Positions 19,846 to 29,379 of a stretch of 64,000 bases of DNA are shown one piece after another; within the stretch, counting starts at the first letter, position 1; the number at the start of each line of letters is the position of its first letter. The translations under genes were made by a program, and so were the position numbers. Under the pieces are notes generated by a model. It made no database searches, was not told where the DNA came from, and was given only the letters and a program-made list of their open reading frames with translations. Origin of the DNA: Acidobacteria bacterium UBA6911 (GTDB lineage: Bacteria > Acidobacteriota > UBA6911 > RPQK01 > JAJDTT01); the NCBI GenBank assembly GCA_963579905.1, contig CAUZIZ010000003.1, positions 3,249 through 67,248 of the forward strand, in the 5' to 3' direction.

Positions 19846-20893
19846 GGACTACTGTGGAAAGAGGCTCTGCCCCAGTTGGGAATCCACAAGCAGGTCGAAT
19901 ACCACCTCGGTTGGTGAAGCAGCAGCAAAGCGCCCGCGACAGATCAGACCGTTGAGAATGATCCGTGCAGGGGTTTTAAGCTTGCAGCAATCAGGAAGCA
20001 TCCGGGTTGGGTCAAGGCTCATAACCTCTGGTATCGGCTAAGAACCCCGCTGCTTTAATAATCGCCGCCCGTAAAAACTCGAGGCGGCTGGATCTTCAGG
20101 ACGGGGATTAGGCGGCCTGGAGGATATTCTAAAACAATGTACCTCCTGCTTCTACAACCCTTTAATCGTTGGATCGGAAGGGGAAATAGGATGAACCAGG
20201 GTTCGGAAACCCTGGGCTGAAATACGGATTCCCTTCAGAATCCAAAGGGAGCAGGATCCTTTTCCACATAGCTATATTTTCCTGAAGAAGCACCTGTATC
20301 ACACATGCTTCGACCTCTCGCGACGCAAATGCTACGGACTAGACTAAGCACACCGTTTCATAAATACGGTAACGTTTGCAGATGGGGCTTGCGAGGCGAG
20401 ATCAAGGCAGGAGGAAGAAGACGACGCCTGGACATCTTCGACGACGACCAACACAGAGATCGTCCGCAACCCCCATCTGCCCGCCGGGTGGCGACGGGAC
20501 GCGCCGATTTCTTTGTCTCTCCTCCTCCACTATGGCAAGGCATGGCGTTCGTCGGCGATTCGATGACCTGCCTGTTTTGGTCCGTTTCGGAAAATCGGCA
20601 CGTTTCTTACTTTCGACATCCTCATGGTGGTCGCCGGGCGGTAGCTCGGACGACTTATTCTGATTTCGTGGAGTGGACGCCAGAGGTTGCCATGAGATAT
20701 TCCGATACCGGTACATCGACTCCATCGCAGCACTTGTACACGAACCAGACCCAGCCTTACTTCCGGGCGCCACATATTTATATTGCCCTTCCCGCGCGTT
20801 ACTTTCCTGGGAAAAGGGTGCTAACCGGTCAGGGAGCGGGGTCCGCTCCCTATGTTGTGGGAAAATTGGTTACGTAATTCAAGAGTTTTTGCG

Positions 20894-21942
20894 CTAGAAC
20901 ATTTCCGTGCCCCACAGATCGTGCAGATGAATCACCCCAACGACCCTTCCGACTTCATCGGGAACTACCAGAGCGGTGATCTTTTTCCGCTCCATCAAGT
21001 GAAGTGCTTTGACAGCCAGTTCCTTCCGTCCTACCGTGACCGGATTGGGGGTCATACATTCCTGAGCAGTCTGTTCTAGGACAGCGGCGCGTCTGCGCTG
21101 GAGCAGTCTTCTGAGGTCTCCGTCAGAGATCACCCCTACCAGCAGACCCTGCTCCTCTACGACGCAGACAATTCCCAGTGCCATTCGAGAGATCTCGTAA
21201 ATGACCTCGTCCATTGGCGTTGATGTTCGCACCTGAGGGATCTCGTTTCCCGTATGCATCAGATCGCCTACCAGCGCCAGTTTCTTGCCCAGGCGACCGC
21301 CTGGATGGAGTCGGGCGAACTCTGTCAGACTCAGTCCCTTCTCCTGAGAAAGGGCAATCGCCAGGGCGTCTCCCAAAGCGAGCGCGGCTGTGGTGGAGGC
21401 CGTCGGTGCCAGGTCGAAGGGACAGGCCTCTCTGTCGACGCCGACATAGAGGACCAGATCAGAGTTGCGCGCAATGGTCGACTCACCGTCACCAACCAAA
21501 CTAATCAGGGGATGCCAAGGCGTTTTACCGTAGGGATCAAGCGTACAATCTCATCCGTCTCTCCACTGTTGGAAACGGCGAGCACCAAATCACCGGGGGC
21601 CAACATGCCCAGGTCACCGTGAATCGCTTCTGCCGGACTGAGAAAAAGTGCTGGAGTACCCGTGCTGGCAAGCGTTGCCGCAATCTTCCTGCTGATGACT
21701 CCCGATTTTCCCATTCCAATCATCACCACGCGACCCCGACAAGCAGCCATCCAATGCACTGCTCGATCGAATTTCTCGTCCAGTCTGGGAACCAGAGCAG
21801 AAATAGCCGCCGGTTCGATCTCTAGAACTCGACGGGCGGTTTCCCGGGGGCGGCAACCTGTAATATCAGAGACGCCAGAGTCAATACCTCGGGCATCGAC
21901 TGATTCTGCTTCAGCGCCCCTGCTGCGACTTCTCGGTCTCAT
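20894..21942 (-). pseudogene. kdsD: Arabinose-5-phosphate isomerase KdsD/KpsF (SIS + tandem CBS) with a -1 frameshift in a G4 run (plus-strand 21508..21511).
   Basis: ORF 21505..21942 (SIS: GMGKSGVISRKIAATLASTGTPALFLSPAEAIHGDLGM...SNSGETDEI...KRLGIP) stops. The protein continues in another frame as LISLVGDGESTIARNS...ACPFDLAPTASTTAALALGDALA + CBS pair (ORF 20894..21499). This is colinear with E. coli KdsD ...KRLHVPLICITG.... One extra G would restore the frame. Confidence 0.8.
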
Positions 21943-21947
21943 CTTCC

Positions 21948-22763
21948 CTACCCTTTGCTAACCTGTCGATTTGCTTGAGGACCCTCAAGCAAATCGATCT
22001 GCAACGCGTTGGGACCATCGCTCAGCGCCCGATCCGGGTCATCATGGACCTCCAGAAAAAGGCCGTCCGTTCCAACCGCAACTGCCGCACGAGCCAAATC
22101 AGGAATGAACTTAGGTTCACCTGAGCTGGAACCGCCGGCACCTCCAGGCATCTGGACGCTGTGGGTTGCGTCGAACACGATCGGAAAGCCGAACCGCCGC
22201 ATCGTGGTCAGATCCTTGAAGTCGACTACCAGATTGTTGTAGCCGAAGGTGACTCCTCGTTCCGTCACCATCAGTCGAGAATTTCCTGTGCTCTCTGCCT
22301 TCTTCAGGACCTGGCTGATGTCCCCGGGAGCCAGAAACTGTCCTTTCTTGATGTTGACGACCTTCCCGGTGGCAGCAGCGGCCGCGATCAGATCGGTCTG
22401 GCGACAGAGAAAGGCCGGGATCTACAGAACGCCCAGCACCTTGGCGGCAGGAGCCACCTGAGAGACCCTATGGACATCGGAAAGGACAAGGAGGCCCAAC
22501 TCCTCTCGAACCCGGGAAAGAATTCTCAAGCCCTCATCCACGCCGGGTCCGCGATAGGATCGTACCGAGGTTCGGTTGGCTTTGTCGTAGGAAGCTTTGA
22601 AAACGAAGGGGATGCCCAGGGAGGAAGTGATCGCTTTCAGCCGGGTCGCCATCTGCATACAATGATCTTCACTCTCGATCACGCAGGGACCTGCAATGAG
22701 AAAGAAGGGATTCTGCCCTCCCACTTCCCATCCGTTGAAGGAGATCATTCGAGGAGACGCCAT
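21948..22763 (-). pseudogene. kdsA: 2-dehydro-3-deoxyphosphooctonate aldolase (KDO-8-phosphate synthase) with an in-frame TAG (plus-strand 22419..22421).
   Basis: ORF 22422..22763 gives the KdsA N-terminus (GIPFVFKASYDKANRTSVRSYRGPG). The same frame continues ...[37 protein letters not shown]...[13 protein letters not shown]...VFDATHSVQ...[26 protein letters not shown]. The stop sits where E. coli KdsA has Gln (VIQLPAFLARQTDL), consistent with CAG to TAG. Confidence 0.85.
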
Positions 22764-23008
22764 GTTCTCTCGATCAACTCATGGTGAGTAGAAACTTCGA
22801 CGGGCACCGGAAGGATTCCATGCTCGTCGTACTTCTCCTGTTCAACGCCGGTAATCGGAAAGAGCTCCGCATTTGGTCGCGCAATTCTGAAAGCTGAAAA
22901 ATCCATGCGTGAAGTCAGCAGTCACAACATTCTCGCCGACCACGTCTCAGGTTGACAGTACCTCCCAGATGGCTTATGTCTCCATCTACAGAAGTGAAAG
23001 AGAGAACA

Positions 23009-24034
23009 ATGAAGAAAGCCATTCTTCTAGTTGGGATTGTACTGACGCATGCGATGAATGCGCTAGCAGTGGAGACAGAGCTTCTCACGGTCAAAACCGT
23101 TTGGGGATTGAAGCAAAACGGCAAACCGCACAACGCCTTTACCGACCTGATTCGGTTCAAGGGAGACTGGTACATCGGTTTTCGTGAGGCGCTCAAGCAT
23201 CATGGCGGCTTGGAAGGAAAAGGACGACTGCGCGTGATTCGCTCGGACGACGGGGAGGCATGGGAGTCTTGCGGCCTATTCGTCGTGGAAGAGGGAGATT
23301 TGCGCGATGCCAAGTTCTCCATCACCAAGTCTGGTGAGCTGATGTTGCACACGGCTATTCAAGTTTACCATCCCAATCCGGATAAACACAAAAATCTTGC
23401 TTGGTTCAGTAGAGACGGACAAAACTGGAGCGAGCCAGTGCAGATCGGCGAGAACAACATCTGGCTCTGGAGCATGACCTGGTACGATGGTGTCGCCTAC
23501 GGCGTTGGCTATCCCACCACCCAAAAGGGGGCCGTTCGCCTATACAAAAGTGAAGACGGGCGCAAATGGGAGGTTCTGGTCAAGGACCTTTACCCTCGGG
23601 GGAGCGAATCCTCCATCGCTTTTGAGCCCGATGGGACTGCCTATTGTCTGTTGCGGGACGGCAATGTAATTGGCAAGGCGAAAGCTCCTTACAACGAGTG
23701 GACATGGAGTCAATCGCTGAATCTGGGTGGACCCAAGATGATTCGGCTGAAAGACGGTCGCTTCATCGCCGCCGGTCGTGTGGGTTGGGGAAGCATGCGC
23801 CTGTATGAGGTGGATCCGGAGACGGGAAAAGCGAAGCACTTGATAGATCTTCCCGCTCGGGGCGACTCGAGCTATCCCGGGCTGGTCCTTTACGAGGGTG
23901 TACTTTGGGTCAGCTACTACACTAGCAGTGATACGGCGACTGAGGGTGGACTCTACCTGGTGCCAACGGAGATCCGCCTGGCAAAAGTGCAACTTGGTGA
24001 TACCTCTGCCTTCGTTGCCCCGGCCGGTTTCTGA
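23009..24034 (+). CDS. Secreted BNR/Asp-box sialidase-like beta-propeller protein.
   Basis: Signal peptide MKKAILLVGIVLTHAMNALA. Asp-box-like SDDGEAW, SRDGQNW and SEDGRKW. C-terminal YYTSSD..GGLYLV. The real start is ATG 23009, preceded by gaaagagag. Confidence 0.65.
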   Translation: MKKAILLVGIVLTHAMNALAVETELLTVKTVWGLKQNGKPHNAFTDLIRFKGDWYIGFREALKHHGGLEGKGRLRVIRSDDGEAWESCGLFVVEEGDLRDAKFSITKSGELMLHTAIQVYHPNPDKHKNLAWFSRDGQNWSEPVQIGENNIWLWSMTWYDGVAYGVGYPTTQKGAVRLYKSEDGRKWEVLVKDLYPRGSESSIAFEPDGTAYCLLRDGNVIGKAKAPYNEWTWSQSLNLGGPKMIRLKDGRFIAAGRVGWGSMRLYEVDPETGKAKHLIDLPARGDSSYPGLVLYEGVLWVSYYTSSDTATEGGLYLVPTEIRLAKVQLGDTSAFVAPAGF

Positions 24035-24067
24035 GACGAAAACGGCGGCCTGTTGTCTACCCTCCCT

Positions 24068-24451
24068 CTAGTGACGGCGCTTCGTCTGTTGAGACAATCC
24101 GAGCACTCTTTTCAAAGCGGCGATTTGTCCGGAATCGCTACGCTTCATCAGATGGCGGATGAGCGGGCCGGCGAGTCCCCATAGGAGTCCGCGGATCTCG
24201 CAGCGGGCTCTGAGCGTAACTCGGGTGCCGTCGCCTTCGGGCTCGCATCGATATTCGTACGTAGCCGTCACGGCGTCGCGCTTAGGTCCGTTAAACTCTT
24301 CCATGCCATTCCTCCAGGCCGGGGCTTGCGGCCAATCCGTGAGATGGTTCCAGACCTCCTCGACGGTACGTCGGATATGTTCGGTCACTTCGAATCCCTC
24401 GCCCCCTGGCCAGCCCGCGCTGAAGACCTCGATTTCTCTTTCTGCAATCAT
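24068..24451 (-). CDS. SRPBCC (START/Bet v1-like; polyketide cyclase/dehydrase family) protein.
   Basis: MIAEREIEVFSAGWPGGEGFEVTEHIRRTVEEVWNHLTDWPQAPAW...RVTLRARCEIRGLL has the pattern expected of the SRPBCC fold. ORF 24068..24559 has an upstream extension, so the start is set at the internal Met. Confidence 0.55.
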   Translation of the reverse strand: MIAEREIEVFSAGWPGGEGFEVTEHIRRTVEEVWNHLTDWPQAPAWRNGMEEFNGPKRDAVTATYEYRCEPEGDGTRVTLRARCEIRGLLWGLAGPLIRHLMKRSDSGQIAALKRVLGLSQQTKRRH

Positions 24452-24588
24452 GATGATTCCCTCCCTTTTGGAAAGGGTGATAGAACGCCAAATGAAGGGT
24501 TCTTTGGTTACTCCGTGTGAGCCGCGATGTACGGAAATTCTTGCTTCAGCGCTTCGCACCGCATCGCGAAGTCTTGATGGCTGGTTCC

Positions 24589-25452
24589 CGGGTACTGAAA
24601 CGCGGTGAAAATGAAAAGGCTTCCGGCTCCGGGCCGCTCCACCACGTGCTCTACAAAGGACATCGCTTTCCGTGTGAAATCATCAGTCGTACCGTGTGGC
24701 TCTACCACCGCTTCACGCTGAGTCTTCGAGATGTCGAGGATCTGCTGGCTGAGCGTGGCGGCGGCGTTTCCTATGAGACCATTCGCTGTTGGTGTTTTAA
24801 ATTCGGATCCCAGTACGCCAAGTCGATTCGAAAGAAGCAAGGTCATCTAAGCGACATTTGGCATGTTTATGAGTTGTTCGTGAGGATCCGAGGAAGGCAG
24901 GTCGACCTGTGGCGAGCAGTTGATCAGGATGGCGATGTTCTCGACATTCTGGTGACCAATCGCCGGGACAAACGAGCTGCCAAACGTTTCTTCCGCAAGG
25001 TGTTGAAGGAACAAGGCCGTACCCCGTGGAAACTCATCACTGACAAGCTCAGGACCTACCCAGCCGCACATCGCGAAGTGTTCCCCCCAGTTGGGCATAG
25101 AACCGGTCAGTATGAGAACAACCGGGCTGAAATTTCGCATCAATATACCCGGGAGCAAGAGAGGCAGATGAGAGGGTTCAAATCAATCCAGCAGACTCAA
25201 CGATTCCTCTCTGTCCACGGTCGGATTCAGAATCTATTCCGAGTTGGCCGACACCATCTCAAAGCAGCTCACCATCGACTGCTTCGTGACAGAGCTTTTG
25301 CCTCCTGGAGGGAGGCGACGTGTGTCCGCTGAGGAGGAAGAAAGCTGGGGTATATCCCGGCTCGGAATCGTCTGGCCAACATTAAGTTGACAGCGCCGAC
25401 TTGAGGCTTTCAACGGCTACATAATTGACTATAGTGGCCGTTTTCTAGGTCC
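24589..25452 (+). mobile_element. IS6-family insertion sequence (boundaries approximate), 30 bp from tRNA-Pro.
   Basis: It carries one IS6/IS26-type transposase. The candidate imperfect terminal inverted repeats are ggtactgaaacgcgg (24589..) and ccgttttctaggtcc (..25452). The ~860 bp size fits IS6. Confidence 0.55.
24645..25332 (+). CDS. IS6-family (IS26-like) DDE transposase.
   Basis: KGHRFPCEIISRTVWLYHRFTLSLRDVEDLLAERGGGVSYETIRCW...DLWRAVDQDGDVLDILVTNRRDKRAAKRFF...TDKLRTYPAAH...YENNRAEISHQ is colinear with IS26 Tnp26. ORF 24517..25332 is trimmed to the GTG at 24645. Confidence 0.8.
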
Positions 25453-25482
25453 TCCGGAATTCCCATAACTTATTGAAAAGAT

Positions 25483-25559
25483 TGGTCGGGGCAGAGGGAT
25501 TTGAACCCCCGGCTTCCTGCTCCCAAAGCAGGCGCGCTACCAGGCTGCGCCATGCCCCG
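25483..25559 (-). tRNA. tRNA-Pro(TGG): tRNA-Pro (anticodon TGG).
   Basis: The reverse complement reads CGGGGCATGGCGCAGCCTGGTAGCGCGCCTGCTTTGGGAGCAGGAAGCCGGGGGTTCAAATCCCTCTGCCCCGACCA. Acceptor stem, C1:G72, A73, anticodon loop TT-TGG-GA, T-arm GGTTCAAATCC and CCA are all present. Confidence 0.85.
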
Positions 25560-25967
25560 ACTTCCTTATGTCCAGGAACTTACAGCGAACCGGCTACTCT
25601 AGAATCTTGGCGCGTGGTGGGATGCTTGCGACCGATCAGCTCCACCGCTCCTGCCCCGTCACCCCGATCAGAATTGCGCTCCGCGAGTCCCCCGTACGTA
25701 GGTGCAGCATTCACTAGGTTAGCACGGTGGGAGGTTGCCTAGGAAGGCGTCGACAGCTCCTCGAGAGGAGAGACGTCTTCTTTGCTGACCCGAACATGGT
25801 CACTCTGGCTGAGTTCCGGCGACAAATATGCGGCGGGAGTAGAGAGGATCTTCGCAGCTTTGAAATCTCCTACCTGCTGCCATAAGAGATCCGTCTGTGG
25901 TGACAAGTAGCCGTATTTGTCAGGTTGATGCTATCAAGTCCGACCTCATCTCCCTACTCACCGTCCC

Positions 25968-27677
25968 CTAGGGTTCGTCCAATTTCAGCCGTGCAGTGTC
26001 CAACGCTTCAAGGATCTCCGGCAGGTGACGCTGACTCGCCCTGGACCTAGCCTGACGCTCGAATCCATCAAGCCATCGTCTCGCCTCTTCCACCGACTTC
26101 CGGACGTGCGCCCCCTGCCCTCCGACGGTGACGTAAATTGGGCTGGTGTGGGCGAACCGGAGCCGGCAAGGCAGCTGATCGTCGATCTTCCGTCGGTAGC
26201 GTGCCAACCGATCATCGCTCAGAAGACGATCCTCGGCGGTGGCTCGGACCGCAACCCACGTCCCGGCAGAGACCTTCAATGTCGATTCAATCTCGGCCTG
26301 CTCCAGATCACCCTTGAGTGGACCGCGCCCTATCACCTCTCCATTGGCGACGATCTCAAGGGACCGCAAGGGTTGATCCGAGTGTACGGTAGCCTTCAAG
26401 CGAAGGCGGCCGCCAGCTTCCTCAAACGCTACCGTATCGCCGGCTCGGTAAGTGTCGGGCTCGCCCGAGAAGTCGTGTGCCGTGAAGAAGATCATGGGAC
26501 CGTTGGTCACGAAGTTCCGCCCCTCACGCCAAGCCTGGAGGAACGTCTCCAGATCTACTCTCCCCCCTGCCCGCACATAGGCTCGATTGTAGCCGACGGG
26601 CGAGTCCTGCGCCCCCGACGAGGAACCGGCGCCAGCCGCCAGCCGCAGCCCGCAATTCAAGAGCCGGTAATAGCCGTCCGCGTTCATGCCCATCATGCCC
26701 GACGGAGTATTGGCGTACTCGGGAAGTCCTTCTATCCCCAACATATTGCCCGCTCCCTTGCGCGGCAGGAACATGTGACGCAGGAAATAATTGTTGCAGA
26801 CGTTGATGACATCGACATAGCCCAACAGGGAATCGAGCAACGCCTCGGGACGCCAGCCACCGTGGTAGCACACCAGTGCGCCCAACTCGTGGGCCTCACG
26901 AAGCAGGGACAGCGCCGACCGCCCCTGGCCTACTTGAAACGATGGATACCCCCTGAGACCGATCAGATAGACTGGTCCCCAGGATGAGTACTCCAGCTCG
27001 GCATCCAGGATCGACGTCGGAATGGACGTGCCCGCAAACGACAGATCGGTCTTCCAGCCGAACCTGGCAGGCATTTCGAGGCGCTCGCTGTTCCACCAGG
27101 ACATGGAGGTGCCGAAATCGAGGCCCTCGGCAGCTAGTTTCGGTCCCAGGTGTTCGGCCGGTTGGTGAATGTGGTTCTCACCACAGACATATCCTCGTTC
27201 CCGCATGTGGATCCAGCGCACGATTTCGATGGCGTGGGCTGTCACCTCGTTTTCCCGAATCTCCACCATCTCCAGGGCAGGCCGGTATTCCAACCCTCGT
27301 TCGACACGGATTAGCATCTTGCCAGCGGGGACCTTCACCGAGTCCGACCCGTCGGTGATGAACCAGCGGTCAACCTCGAGCGGTTCGACCGTTCCAGCGG
27401 TGACCAACAGTTTCCCGATCTTGAGCCTCTTCTCCGTCTGCCCTGACGGAACATGATCCCGGCCCGAAGCGTCGCGGAGTCTCACTCGCGCCGCCAACCG
27501 ACGACCAGTGGACGCGTCGAGCACGGTCAACTCCAATTGTCCGGTTGCGTCCGTTTCCCCGGACGCAGTCAGAGAAACCAGAGCGATGCCGATGCTGAAA
27601 CCGACTACGGATTTCCCGACTACCTTCACTCCCTCACGGTAGCGATGCCGTCCCTGGGTTGCAAGGGTGGTGGGCAT
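25968..27677 (-). CDS. Hypothetical secreted/membrane-anchored protein. It has an N-terminal carboxypeptidase-regulatory-like beta domain and a possible metal-dependent hydrolase domain (GENHIH).
   Basis: 569-aa ORF with an N-terminal hydrophobic anchor (VVGFSIGIALVSLTASG) and strong coding signal. No family is confidently recognised. Confidence 0.45.
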   Translation of the reverse strand: MPTTLATQGRHRYREGVKVVGKSVVGFSIGIALVSLTASGETDATGQLELTVLDASTGRRLAARVRLRDASGRDHVPSGQTEKRLKIGKLLVTAGTVEPLEVDRWFITDGSDSVKVPAGKMLIRVERGLEYRPALEMVEIRENEVTAHAIEIVRWIHMRERGYVCGENHIHQPAEHLGPKLAAEGLDFGTSMSWWNSERLEMPARFGWKTDLSFAGTSIPTSILDAELEYSSWGPVYLIGLRGYPSFQVGQGRSALSLLREAHELGALVCYHGGWRPEALLDSLLGYVDVINVCNNYFLRHMFLPRKGAGNMLGIEGLPEYANTPSGMMGMNADGYYRLLNCGLRLAAGAGSSSGAQDSPVGYNRAYVRAGGRVDLETFLQAWREGRNFVTNGPMIFFTAHDFSGEPDTYRAGDTVAFEEAGGRLRLKATVHSDQPLRSLEIVANGEVIGRGPLKGDLEQAEIESTLKVSAGTWVAVRATAEDRLLSDDRLARYRRKIDDQLPCRLRFAHTSPIYVTVGGQGAHVRKSVEEARRWLDGFERQARSRASQRHLPEILEALDTARLKLDEP

Positions 27678-27867
27678 TGGCCCTGTGGCTCATCCTGTGC
27701 CTCATAGAGAAGTCTTTTCCTACATCACTTTGCTGTCGTACACCCTTCCTTCCCGCTCGATTTGCAACCCCGGATTCGGTGCAATACATTGAGGAGGCCC
27801 CTTATTCACAAGGTGAGCGAGTAGCTGCTCGCGTTCCTTCAGAACTATTGGCCAAGGGACTACACCC

Positions 27868-29379
27868 ATGAAACAAGCGGCCTATTCAGTCCTGGTGATC
27901 TTGCTTGTGGGAATAGGGTGCAGCCGTGAGCTGCCTCCATCCCAGGGACAGTCGATCGAAATCGGTACCCAGACCCAGCTGGTGGTGGACGATTTTGCCA
28001 TCGAGGTCCGGGAGGCGGTAGAAAGATGGGTCAATGCGCTGATTAAGCATCCCGCTAACCCCATCCTGCGGCCCGATCGGCCCTGGGAGGGGCAGTCCAC
28101 CATGCCTTCGACCGTGCTCTACGACGGCTCGGAGCGCCTTTTCAAGATGTGGTACGGGACGACGGAGCAGCGGTGGAATCCCCATCAGAAACGGAGCCGC
28201 TGGGCCTATGCCACTTCCCAAGATGGGATTGCCTGGGAGAAGCCCGAGCTGGGGCTGGTGGATTTTCGGGGCTCGCGTAGAAACAATCTCCTTCCCGATG
28301 CAGCGGGAAGGGTCTTGATGGATTTCGCGGAGAAGGACTCGTCCCGCAGATTCAAGGCCTTGCGCTATGGCCGGGCTACCTCTGACGGGCCCGAGGGCAT
28401 TTGTGTCGCCTTTTCTCCGGATGGGTTGCGTTGGGAACCCTATCCTGGGAATCCGCTTCTGACCGCTGGCGGGTTCACGCTTCATTGGGGGATCGGAGAC
28501 ACCCTCACCCTCTTTGGATGGGACGAAAAGGCTGGGAAATACGTGTCCTATATGAGGCCGAGCATCCTCTTCCGACACATAGGGCGCTCCGAGAGTACCG
28601 ACTTCATCGACTGGAAGATTCCCAATCCGGTTCTGGTGCCCGATGAGGAAGATCCGCCTGGCACCCAGTTCTACGGAATGTCTGTCTTCCGCGATCGAGA
28701 GGTCTATTTTGGCTTTCTCTGGGTCTACCACCCCAACTCTCTGATAATCGATGTCCAGTTGGCCTACAGCCGGGATGGAATCGGATGGCGCCGCACCGAT
28801 CGGCGCCATCCAATTCTCAGCTACGGTCTGCCCTATCGCTTCGATTCCCATGTCCTGATCGCGCTGGAGCCCCTCATTAGAGAAGACGAAATCTGGGTCT
28901 ACTGTGCCGCTGAGAACAAGGCCCACGTGCTGACAAAGCAGGACCTTCGACTGGGAACTCATTCACTCGGGGATACTGCAATCCCCTTGGACCAGCAGTC
29001 ATGGCTGAAAGAGAGGCGGGGGTATGGAGGCCTGGCAATGGTCCGGCGCGACGGCCTGGTGTCGCTTGACAGCGATGCCCCCGAGGGAGTGGTCACCACC
29101 AAGCCGTTTGTGTGTCGGGGGAAGCAGCTGTTGCTCAATGCCGATGCCTCTCGGGGCCGGATCCGGGTAGAGCTGCTTGACAGGATGGGCGTTGCGCTGC
29201 CGGGTTTCGAGGCGGGTCGCTCGGATCCTCTCCACGGAGATTCGGTCAGCCCGCTTGCCAGTTGGGATGGCAAGTCAGATCTGTCTTCTCTGGAAGGGCG
29301 AAAGATCAAACTGCGGTTGCTGATGTCCCACTCCAAACTCTTTTCCTTTCGATTTGGCAAGATTGAGGGTGCTCTATGA
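27868..29379 (+). CDS. GH130-like (DUF377) secreted beta-propeller protein, intact paralog.
   Basis: Signal peptide MKQAAYSVLVILLVGIGCS. NPILRPDRPWEGQSTMPSTVLYDGSERLFKMWY. S-x-DG-x-W repeats. The C-terminus aligns with paralogs. Confidence 0.7.
   Translation: MKQAAYSVLVILLVGIGCSRELPPSQGQSIEIGTQTQLVVDDFAIEVREAVERWVNALIKHPANPILRPDRPWEGQSTMPSTVLYDGSERLFKMWYGTTEQRWNPHQKRSRWAYATSQDGIAWEKPELGLVDFRGSRRNNLLPDAAGRVLMDFAEKDSSRRFKALRYGRATSDGPEGICVAFSPDGLRWEPYPGNPLLTAGGFTLHWGIGDTLTLFGWDEKAGKYVSYMRPSILFRHIGRSESTDFIDWKIPNPVLVPDEEDPPGTQFYGMSVFRDREVYFGFLWVYHPNSLIIDVQLAYSRDGIGWRRTDRRHPILSYGLPYRFDSHVLIALEPLIREDEIWVYCAAENKAHVLTKQDLRLGTHSLGDTAIPLDQQSWLKERRGYGGLAMVRRDGLVSLDSDAPEGVVTTKPFVCRGKQLLLNADASRGRIRVELLDRMGVALPGFEAGRSDPLHGDSVSPLASWDGKSDLSSLEGRKIKLRLLMSHSKLFSFRFGKIEGAL

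Noticed and set aside
24508-24846. 112-aa minus-strand ORF upstream of the SRPBCC gene.
   Set aside because: It overlaps the IS6 left end and is antisense to the transposase N-terminus.
26025-26987. 320-aa plus-strand ORF.
   Set aside because: Antisense to the 569-aa hypothetical gene 25968..27677, which has the better coding character and an N-terminal membrane anchor.
27886-28962. 358-aa minus-strand ORF.
   Set aside because: Antisense to GH130-like gene 27868..29379. No family similarity.
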